This document shows positions 56,769-64,000 of a DNA stretch of 64,000 bases, piece after piece. Origin of the DNA: an uncultured Acidobacteriota bacterium (GTDB lineage: Bacteria > Acidobacteriota > Thermoanaerobaculia > Multivoradales > UBA5704). Every line of letters begins with the position of its first letter. Position 1 is the first letter of the stretch. The notes under the pieces were generated by a model. The model searched no databases and was not told where the DNA came from. It worked only from the letters and a program-made list of their open reading frames with translations. The DNA is taken from contig CAVYRF010000002.1 in the NCBI GenBank assembly GCA_963770895.1, positions 3,968,001 through 4,032,000 of the forward strand. The letters are read 5' to 3'. Position numbers and translations under genes: made by a program.

Positions 56769-59700
56769 CTACATCCGCGGCCGGTCGCGGCGGCGCGCCA
56801 GCAACGCCAGGCGCGCCACGGCGGCGGCGGCCAGGGCCAGGGCCAGGGCGGCCAGGCCGATGGGTGCAAGCGCCGGCACTTCGGCGATCGGCTGTCCGAT
56901 GGCGAAGGTGGTCGGCCCGCCGCCGTCGGGCGCGGCGGTCGGCAGCGTCGTGGTGTCGGTGCCGCTGCGCGCCGGATCGTAGGCGATGGTTGCCTGGTTG
57001 CTGACCAGCGAGCCGGCGACGGCGCCGCCGGCGGCGGTGGCGATGGTGGCGGCGATGGTGATGGTGACGGTGCCCCCCGCCGGCACGCCGCCGTTCCAGC
57101 GCACGGTGTTGCCGGCGGTCGTCACGGTGCCCAGGCTGGCGGTGGCGGCGACCAGGGTGAGCGGCGGCGGCAGCGTGTCCACCAGCTCGTCGCCGGGGTC
57201 GTCGAAGGTGGCGCCGGTGCCGCTGTTGGTCAGCGTGATGGTGTAGGTGACCGTGCCGCCGGGCTGGAGGTCGCCGCCGGTCACCGCCTTGATGGCGGTG
57301 AGGTGGGCGGCGAGCTGGGCGGGCGGGCGGCAGGCGGCCGGCGTGACCAGCAGCGAGAACGCCCGGATGCTGCCGGTGTCCTCGGGGTCGTGATCGACGG
57401 CGACGAGCTGCCACACTCCGTTGGGGTCCTCGCCCGCCAGGGCGGCCAGCGGGTTGTCGGGCAGCCAGCTGCCGGTGAACGGCGCCTGCGAGCTGTCGGC
57501 GGTCTGGATCGACGGCCCCGAGCTGGCGTCGTCGAGCACCACCTGGCAGAAGTTGTGGCCGTTCAGGTCGATCTGGTCGACGACGTGCACCCGCGTGCCG
57601 CGCGGCGACACCAGGTCGAAGCTGAGGTCGTTGACGAACGGGTGGTCGACGCCGACGGTGGTGGCGCCGATGGCGGTGGTGCAGGCCGCGCCGTCGATCC
57701 GGAAGACCAGCTTGGCGGTGTCGGCGCTCACGCCGCTCACCGTCAGCGACGCGATCGCCGGGGGGCCCGCGACGATGCTGCCGTCGCCGGCAAAGGTGGC
57801 GTCCGGGATTGGCACCACCGGCCCGCCGTAGCTGAAGGTGAGAGGCGCGGCCGGAGTGCCGGTGGTCAGGGCGAAGTTGAAGACGACGGGGGGCGCGCCG
57901 CCGGCGTAGGTCACGGTCAGGGTGAAATCGATGCGCTGGCCGCACGCCAGGCTATAGGGTGTGAACAGGAAAGGCTGCACGTTGGCGGCGCTGCCGCCGG
58001 CGGCGATGTCGGGATAGGGAGAGGCGGCGCTGGTCAGGCCGACGCCGGGGGTGCTGGTGGCGAGCGTGGCGGCGACCGCCTGCGCCGCCGCGCCGCCCAG
58101 GTTGGCGAGCGTGACGCTCAACCGGTAGTCGTCGCCGATGCCGATGCCGGGGTTGCCATCCGGCGTCACCTCGGTCGCGACCACCGGCCCCAGCGCCAGC
58201 GTGGGCCGCGGCTGGGCGCCGGCGGCCTGCAGCGACTGCTCGGTCATGACGATGCCGGCGCCGGTGTCGCGGTCGACGCCGGGGGCCTGGATGTCGATCG
58301 CGGAGCTGGTCAGGGCGGCGCGGACCTGGGCGGGGGTGAGGCCCGGCAGCGCCGCCGCCAGCAGGCCGGCGATGGCGGCGGCGTGCGGCGCCGCGGCCGA
58401 CGTGCCGTAGAAGCGGGCGTAGCTGGCGACGTCGGTGGACACCCCGTCGGCGGCGGTCAGGTCGGGCTTCTGCCGCACCACGCCGCCGGTCGAGGAGAAG
58501 TCGCCGGGGGGCGCGCCGGGCAGCAGGTTGCCATTGCCGTCGAAGAACACCCGGCGCGGGCCGTCGCAGGTGTACGGCTCGGCCAGCTGCGACGCGGTGA
58601 ACGGGCCGGGGTAGGGGCCGGCCGGATAGCCCGGCCCGGCGGCCGCCGACGACGGCGCCGCCGCCACGGCGATGGCGGGCGCCGCCGCGGCGTGGCCGCG
58701 GATGCAGCCGGCGGTCGCCAGCGCCAGGGTGCCGCGGAACGCCTGCAGGTCGAGCAGCCGCCCGGCGCCCGAAAACTGCGCCACGACCAGCCGGTCGCCG
58801 GCCGCGATCGGCGACGAAATCATCTCGAACGGGTCCTGGGTGCAGGTCTGGGAGTTGGTCGAGGCGTCGAGCACCGTGGTCAGGCCGGCATCCAGCAGGT
58901 ACAGGTCGTAGTCGTTGCACGACTGGCCCGCCGGGTCGTCCCACTGCAACACCGCATAGCGGGCGGCGGCGGTGGCGGCGTCGGATTGACCGCCGTCGCC
59001 AAAGTCGTTGACCGTGCCGGCGCCGGCGCCCAGCACCGGGTCCAGGTTGCCGTTGGGCTTGAAGTCGCCCTCCCAGGTGCCCGAGGTGCCGGCGTCCAGG
59101 TTGCCTTCGTTGCCGGCGGCGGAAAAGTAGAGAGCGCCCGCGGCGCTCGCCTGGATCACCGCCTGGGCGATGGCGGTGTCCTGAAACACCGCCTCGTCGG
59201 GATACGCCAGGTCGTCCACCAGGATGTTGCAGCCGGCGGCCTGCAGGTTGACGATGTTCTGGGCGAAGCTGGCGTCGCCGGCGCCGGCGGTGGCAAAGCC
59301 CAGCTGGGCGCCCGGCGCCAGGTCGTGCACGATCTCCAGCAGCGCCGTGCCCTCGTCGCCCTGCCCGCTCTGGCCCGGCAGCACGGCGACCGCCGGCGGC
59401 AGGTCGCCGCTGGCCTGCAGCGCCGCCAGCGAATCGATGCCGTCGGACAGCACGCAGATCTTGACGCCGCTGCCGTCGACGCCGAACTGCAACCGCGCCG
59501 GCGCCGCCAGGTGGGTGGCGTCCCCTTCCGAATCGACATGGGACAGGTTGGGGCGGCTGGCCGGCCGCACGAAGCGCACCGCCGGGTTGGCCGCCAGCGC
59601 TTCGATCGCGGCGAGCGGCAGGCGCGCGCGGATCGCCGCGTAGCGCAGCTGCGCCCCGGCGATGCGGCCGCCCAGGCCGCGCACCGCGGCGACAACCCCC

Positions 59701-60095
59701 TTGGCGGTCGCCCGCGAGGTGGCCTGGATGTCCACCAGCACGCCACCCTCCGCGTCGAGCGCCAAAGCCGCCAGCGGCCGCAGCTGCGGCACCGCGGCAA
59801 GCCGCGCGTCGCCGCGCTCGGCCATCAGCCCATAGATCAGGTGCGAATCCATCTTGCGCTGCGCCGGCGTCCGCGCCCGCTTTTCGGCGGCCAGCGCCTG
59901 CATCTGGGCGACCGCGCTGGCGGCCAGGCGAGGCTGTGCCGCCGGCGGGGCGCCCGCGGCAGCGGCAAGGGCGCCGCTGGCCCCAATGCCGCTCAAAGCG
60001 GCAAGAGCAAGCACGGCGCGAAGCCGGGAGGCGCGGCCAGGGTATGAAGAGATCAATCCGCCGGCAATGTAGCGAACCCTCGCCCGGACCGTCAA
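56769..60095 (-). CDS. S8 subtilase-like peptidase with P-domain, DUF11-like domain and IPTL-CTERM-like sorting signal
   Basis: VLSDG (Asp), DEGTALLEIVHDLAPGA, SAAGN, FYGTSAAAPHAA (Ser), GEDPNGVWQL P-domain, VTYTITLTN, C-terminal VPAL + TM + RRR. Start uncertain. Confidence 0.88.
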   Translation of the reverse strand: MTVRARVRYIAGGLISSYPGRASRLRAVLALAALSGIGASGALAAAAGAPPAAQPRLAASAVAQMQALAAEKRARTPAQRKMDSHLIYGLMAERGDARLAAVPQLRPLAALALDAEGGVLVDIQATSRATAKGVVAAVRGLGGRIAGAQLRYAAIRARLPLAAIEALAANPAVRFVRPASRPNLSHVDSEGDATHLAAPARLQFGVDGSGVKICVLSDGIDSLAALQASGDLPPAVAVLPGQSGQGDEGTALLEIVHDLAPGAQLGFATAGAGDASFAQNIVNLQAAGCNILVDDLAYPDEAVFQDTAIAQAVIQASAAGALYFSAAGNEGNLDAGTSGTWEGDFKPNGNLDPVLGAGAGTVNDFGDGGQSDAATAAARYAVLQWDDPAGQSCNDYDLYLLDAGLTTVLDASTNSQTCTQDPFEMISSPIAAGDRLVVAQFSGAGRLLDLQAFRGTLALATAGCIRGHAAAAPAIAVAAAPSSAAAGPGYPAGPYPGPFTASQLAEPYTCDGPRRVFFDGNGNLLPGAPPGDFSSTGGVVRQKPDLTAADGVSTDVASYARFYGTSAAAPHAAAIAGLLAAALPGLTPAQVRAALTSSAIDIQAPGVDRDTGAGIVMTEQSLQAAGAQPRPTLALGPVVATEVTPDGNPGIGIGDDYRLSVTLANLGGAAAQAVAATLATSTPGVGLTSAASPYPDIAAGGSAANVQPFLFTPYSLACGQRIDFTLTVTYAGGAPPVVFNFALTTGTPAAPLTFSYGGPVVPIPDATFAGDGSIVAGPPAIASLTVSGVSADTAKLVFRIDGAACTTAIGATTVGVDHPFVNDLSFDLVSPRGTRVHVVDQIDLNGHNFCQVVLDDASSGPSIQTADSSQAPFTGSWLPDNPLAALAGEDPNGVWQLVAVDHDPEDTGSIRAFSLLVTPAACRPPAQLAAHLTAIKAVTGGDLQPGGTVTYTITLTNSGTGATFDDPGDELVDTLPPPLTLVAATASLGTVTTAGNTVRWNGGVPAGGTVTITIAATIATAAGGAVAGSLVSNQATIAYDPARSGTDTTTLPTAAPDGGGPTTFAIGQPIAEVPALAPIGLAALALALAAAAVARLALLARRRDRPRM

Positions 60096-60240
60096 GGCGA
60101 GGGGGCTGGAAAAGGCTTTGGCCTCACCTGGCGGCCGCTGCTAGCAATACCACTGGCCGCAGTCCGTCGGGCGCCCGGCAATTCCTGTGGCCACGCCCAC
60201 ACGTGCCGGCGCCCGTCGCAGACCTTGGGAGTAAGCCCTG

Positions 60241-60304
60241 CGCCGGTGTCCCCCGCGGCAACGTCTGGCAAGCTGTTTCGAATCGAGAAAGGAGGACACC
60301 GGCG
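60241..60304. repeat. 11-bp perfect inverted repeat (hairpin)
   Basis: cgccggtgtcc (60241-60251) / ggacaccggcg (60294-60304). Confidence 0.6.
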
Positions 60305-60350
60305 AAAGACGCGGTGCGGAATACGCCCTCAGCGGAAGGTCAGGTACGAC

Positions 60351-60694
60351 CTATCGTCCGAGCACGATGTCAATGCCGGGAGCACGAGGTCCAGCTGACG
60401 GTGTGCCAGCTTACCGGAACGTTCGGTTAGCTGCCCCTTGTCGAGGGCGACAATCAGCGAGACGTTTGCGACGGAGTCTGGCGACAGGCCCGTAGCTTTG
60501 GCGTTCAGCGGCACGTTGCCGGGAGCGTCTGCCCACTTCAAGTTGCTCGTCAGAGGCACCTATACAACTGTGCCGAGCCGGCTTCGATTCAGCGCATCGC
60601 ACTGGACGACGACGACCGGTCGCCGAAAACCAGGGCCTGACCCGGTCGGCTCCCCAAGGTCAGCCCACCAGACGTCACCCTGGCTGATCACCAC
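60351..60694 (-). pseudogene. mazF: MazF/PemK toxin pseudogene
   Basis: ISQGDVWWADLGEPTGSGPGFRRPVVVVQ..LNRSR..TVV*VPLTSN..APGNV..DSVANVS. In-frame TAG at 60560-60562 and a 1-bp frameshift near 60380 before GIDIVLGR*. Confidence 0.88.
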
Positions 60695-60769
60695 TCGATC
60701 TGTGCACGGCAGCTGACAATGCCCATCTGACCGCGCCCGCTGGTGACTATGCGCTACTGATTTCAAATG

Positions 60770-60798
60770 TTGACATCTGTTACTTGTTCGCGTAGCCT
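60770..60798 (+). promoter_or_regulatory. Putative sigma-70 promoter of the AKR-TetR pair
   Basis: TTGACA-17bp-TAGCCT in an AT-rich patch about 65 bp upstream of ATG 60864. Confidence 0.55.
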
Positions 60799-60863
60799 TG
60801 GCTTCATGGCAGCTTTCGCGGCCACATCTCGCCGGTCCAGGCCGGCGGCAAGGAGCAGAGACG

Positions 60864-61757
60864 ATGAGTGAAGCCAAGCTCGGAGGCCGGTTCACCTTCC
60901 CCGGCACCTCATTGACGGTTCAGCGGATGGGCTACGGCGCAATGCAGCTGGCTGGCCCTGGCGTGTGGGGGCCACCCAAGGATCCGGAGGGCGCCGTAGC
61001 CGTCCTCCGCGAGGCCGTGGCGGCCGGCGTAAACCATATCGATACGTCTGACTTCTATGGCCCCCACGTCACCAACCGGCTCATCCGGCAGGCTTTGCAT
61101 CCTTACCCGGAGGGGTTGGTGATCGTCACCAAGCTCGGAGCCCGCCGGCCCCCCGACCAGTCCTGGCAGCCAGCCATCTCGCCCGCAGAGCTGACCGCCG
61201 CCGTCCACGATAACCTCCGCAACCTGGGCTTGGAGGCGCTCGACGTCGTCAACTACCGCGCGATGGGGTCGGGCCAAGGCCCCGCGGAGGGGTCGATCGC
61301 CACGGAGATGACGGTGATGGCCGACCTGCGGCGCCAGGGGCTGATCCGACACGTCGGCCTGAGCAACGCCACGGCAGCCCAGGTAGCGGAGGCGCGGACG
61401 ATCACCGACATCGTTTGCGTGCAGAACCACTACAACCTGGCCCACCGCCACGACGACGGCCTGATCGACGACCTGGCCCGGCACGGCATCGCGTACGTGC
61501 CGTTCTTCCCGCTCGGCGGCTTCACGCCGTTGCAGTCGTCCAGTCTGTCGGAGGTCGCTGGCCGCCTGGAGGCCACGCCGATGCAGGTCGCGCTGGCTTG
61601 GCTGCTGCACCGTTCGCCCAACATCCTGTTGATTCCAGGCACGTCCTCGATCGCACACCTGCACCAGAACCTGGCTGCCGCGACGTTGACGCTGTCGGCG
61701 GAGACCCTGGCAACTCTGGACGGCATCGCCACCCCGGCGGCGGCAGCGAACCATTGA
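60864..61757 (+). CDS. Aldo/keto reductase (YdbC-like)
   Basis: RMGYGAMQLAGPGVWGPP, HIDTSDFYGP, IVTKLG, GLSN, QNHYN, IPGTSS; AGGAG RBS. Confidence 0.93.
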   Translation: MSEAKLGGRFTFPGTSLTVQRMGYGAMQLAGPGVWGPPKDPEGAVAVLREAVAAGVNHIDTSDFYGPHVTNRLIRQALHPYPEGLVIVTKLGARRPPDQSWQPAISPAELTAAVHDNLRNLGLEALDVVNYRAMGSGQGPAEGSIATEMTVMADLRRQGLIRHVGLSNATAAQVAEARTITDIVCVQNHYNLAHRHDDGLIDDLARHGIAYVPFFPLGGFTPLQSSSLSEVAGRLEATPMQVALAWLLHRSPNILLIPGTSSIAHLHQNLAAATLTLSAETLATLDGIATPAAAANH

Positions 61758-61778
61758 CGGCAGGTTCCCTGATCTGCA

Positions 61779-62381
61779 ATGCGCCCCGCTGACGCGCCTC
61801 TCACCCGCGATCGGATCCTGGCCACGGCCGAAGACGTCATCCGGCGCTTCGGCCCGGCCAAGGCGACCGTGGTGGACGTGGCCCGAGCGCTGGGAGTCAG
61901 CCACTCGGCCGTCTACCGTCACGTGGCGACCAAGGCCGAGCTGCGTGACCTGGTCGTCGGCCGCTGGCTGGAGGCGACCATGCCTCCGCTGCGGGCCATC
62001 GCCGCCCTGCCCGGCTCGGCCCCACGGCGGCTGCGCCAGCTGGTCGACACCCTGATCGCAATCAAGCGTCGCCGGGCCGACGACGACCCGGAGATCTTCG
62101 CCACCTATCTGACGCTGGCGGTCCATACCCAGTCCGTCGTCGCCGCCCACGTCGACGAGTTGGTCGGCCTGGCAGCGAGTGTCATCCGCTCGGGCGCGAA
62201 GGAAGGCACTTTCCGCGCCGTCGACCCCGTGGCCGCCGGTCGATCGGTACTGCTCGCCACGTCGCGGTTTCACCACCCCGCCCACGCTGCAGAGTGGCGC
62301 GACCCCGCCATCGACGCGAGGTACAACGACCTGTGGCAGCTGCTGATGGATGGACTGTGCGTGGCGAAGAGCCCCGGTTAG
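61779..62381 (+). CDS. TetR family transcriptional regulator
   Basis: ILATAEDVIRRFGPAKATVVDVARALGVSHSAVYRH..TKAEL HTH. Confidence 0.93.
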   Translation: MRPADAPLTRDRILATAEDVIRRFGPAKATVVDVARALGVSHSAVYRHVATKAELRDLVVGRWLEATMPPLRAIAALPGSAPRRLRQLVDTLIAIKRRRADDDPEIFATYLTLAVHTQSVVAAHVDELVGLAASVIRSGAKEGTFRAVDPVAAGRSVLLATSRFHHPAHAAEWRDPAIDARYNDLWQLLMDGLCVAKSPG

Positions 62382-62445
62382 AAGGGCCGCCCGAGACGCG
62401 CGACATGCGGCGGATGATGGCGGTGTTGGCGCAGAGCCGTGGCGG

Positions 62446-62877
62446 CTAGCGCTCTCTCGTGCCGACCGCCTCGTTCACCAGCGTCCAATGCGCACCTTTG
62501 TCAGCCGATATTTCGAGCCGCGCCAGGTGTTTGTCGGCGGAGACGAAGGTATAGATCTCGCGCGCATCGGCCATGCCGCCACTCCGTCTGGGAATTTCAA
62601 AGGGCCTGGTCCAGACATTTCCATCGACATGCACGACCCCTTCGTGTGGCCCGCCTTCGAGAAACACGCCCGTATGTTTGAAAGTCTTGTCGACGTCGCT
62701 GTAATAGAAGATGGAGAGGTCGGTGGTGACGCGGCCGTCCTCGGGATCGGGCCGCAGACCCAGATAGTCGCAGACCATGAAGGCGCCGTGGGGAAGCACG
62801 GAACATTTCGCGTCGTAGTCTTCCGCTCTGGCATGGCCAAACTGCGTCTCTTTGGTCTCGATGTGTAGTGGCGGCAA
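62446..62877 (-). CDS. Hypothetical beta-rich protein (DUF1579-like), possibly 5'-truncated
   Basis: Protein-like sequence ending EISADKGAHW..V.E..GTR; no convincing start, RBS or signal peptide. Confidence 0.5.
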   Translation of the reverse strand: MPPLHIETKETQFGHARAEDYDAKCSVLPHGAFMVCDYLGLRPDPEDGRVTTDLSIFYYSDVDKTFKHTGVFLEGGPHEGVVHVDGNVWTRPFEIPRRSGGMADAREIYTFVSADKHLARLEISADKGAHWTLVNEAVGTRER

Positions 62878-62892
62878 GCAGCCGGGCGCGGG

Positions 62893-62927
62893 CGCCCGAG
62901 TCCGGGGTGTGAATCCGGACTCGGGCG
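62893..62927 (-). terminator. Hairpin downstream of the TonB-dependent receptor gene
   Basis: 13-bp perfect stem cgcccgagtccgg / ccggactcgggcg with a 9-nt loop. Confidence 0.65.
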
Positions 62928-62964
62928 TTGGCTTCAGGGGTGGCAGGGGTGCCGGCTGGCCGGG

Positions 62965-63999
62965 TCAGAAGGTGTAGGTGACGTGGCCGGAGTATTCGCG
63001 CGGCGGGATGACGTGGGTGCCGCCGAAGGTGGACATGAAGTTGTAGAGGCCTTCCTTGTCGAAGGCGTTCAGCAGGTCGAACTGCACGTCGAGCGGCACG
63101 CCGTACTGCTTGAGGCGGGCGCCCAGGGAGAAGTCCCAGATGGTGCGCGACTTGACGCGCTGGGGGTTGGAGTCGAAGTTGATGTAGGGGAGCGCGTAGG
63201 CGGTGTCGGCGCCGCCGGCCAGGACGTCGGCGGGGGAGCCGGCATCGGTGACCAGGCCGGAGTCGAAGCGCTGGGTGACGCCGGCCCAATAGCCGGTCTG
63301 CGGGATGTCCCAGATGATGCCCAGCTGCTCCTGGATGTTCTGGTCGTGATCGATGACGAAGGGTCCCTGGTTGATGACGTCCACTTCGTCGGAGCTGAGG
63401 AACAGGCCGCCTTCAAACGGCGGCACGTAGATGGCGCGGACGTGGCCGACCGAGACGTAGCTGTGCAGGCCGTTCCAGGTGGCGGTGTCGAAGCGGACGT
63501 TCCAGCCGGACAGCTCGCCGCGCGCGAAGTTGAGCGGGAAGACGATGCCCGTGTTGAAGAACTGGTCCTGGTCGGCGGCGTTCTTGACCTGCCGCTTCCA
63601 GTAGGACACGTCCATGCGCAGCCATTTGCCGAGCCCCTGCTGAATGCCGTAGTTGTAGGCGTCGTGGCGCTCCGAGACGTTGAACAGGTTGCCGCCGCCC
63701 AGGTTGTGGTCCTGCTGCACGTCGGGCGGCGTGATCGCCGCCGCGGCGGCCGAGGACGACAGCAGGATGTTTTCGTATTCGGGGGTGATGAACATGCGAT
63801 CGAACGAGGCGCGCAGCACGGTCTTGGTGGTGGCGATGTAGTACGCCGCGCCCAGCCGCGGCTCCAGGTCGTCCTCGGTGAGGAAGAGGTGGTTGTTGTC
63901 GTAGCGCAGGCCGGCGTTGACGGTCAGGTTGCCCCAGTGCAGGGTGTCCTCGACGTAGGCGGCCTCGTAGGCGCCGGTCTTGGCGCCGTTGAACTCGAA
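62965..63999 (-). CDS. TonB-dependent receptor, C-terminal part (runs off the window)
   Basis: LTVNAGLRYD, EPRLGAAY, amphipathic beta strands, NAFD, C-terminal VTYTF. Confidence 0.9.
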   Translation of the reverse strand, partial: FEFNGAKTGAYEAAYVEDTLHWGNLTVNAGLRYDNNHLFLTEDDLEPRLGAAYYIATTKTVLRASFDRMFITPEYENILLSSSAAAAAITPPDVQQDHNLGGGNLFNVSERHDAYNYGIQQGLGKWLRMDVSYWKRQVKNAADQDQFFNTGIVFPLNFARGELSGWNVRFDTATWNGLHSYVSVGHVRAIYVPPFEGGLFLSSDEVDVINQGPFVIDHDQNIQEQLGIIWDIPQTGYWAGVTQRFDSGLVTDAGSPADVLAGGADTAYALPYINFDSNPQRVKSRTIWDFSLGARLKQYGVPLDVQFDLLNAFDKEGLYNFMSTFGGTHVIPPREYSGHVTYTF

Positions 64000-64000
64000 C

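Noticed and set aside
60228-60315. Hammerhead or pistol ribozyme
   Set aside because: A stem followed by GAAA is present, but the CUGANGA core and the pistol pseudoknot pairing are missing.
60560-60562. Programmed TAG readthrough or pyrrolysine in mazF
   Set aside because: A second lesion (frameshift) and the missing antitoxin indicate decay; other genes here use TAG as a normal stop.

Overview
Very GC-rich bacterial chromosome segment with about 44 genes. The gene content (Ser/Thr kinase-TPR protein, GAF-sigma54 activator, an IPTL-CTERM-like S8 protease, a repeated FWFF..NPE..VKVL.GC domain) suggests Acidobacteriota, probably Thermoanaerobaculia; this is an inference. Most of the window is metabolic, envelope and secreted-protein genes, including a surface-glycan operon at 33.9-41.7 kb. 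No rRNA, tRNA, CRISPR array, transposase or integrase is recognisable. Highlights: (1) a 54-aa Cys/Thr-rich RiPP-like precursor gene missed by the ORF track (16483-16647, minus) with its own RBS and downstream hairpin and no maturase nearby; (2) a lower-GC island at about 41.7-48.9 kb where a DUF4062-NACHT-FGE-sulfatase NLR-like gene is divergent from a two-gene A-T-TE NRPS + SyrP-like dioxygenase unit, bounded by a dehydrogenase gene remnant; (3) a KdpDE-like pair apparently wired to a lone TolC; (4) an uncharacterised QueC-like PP-loop protein and a divergent phosphomannose-isomerase-like bicupin; (5) several pseudogenes (mazF with two lesions, a truncated methyltransferase) and candidate sigma54, Fur-like and KdpE-like sites. 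All calls come from reading motifs by eye; no database searches were run.
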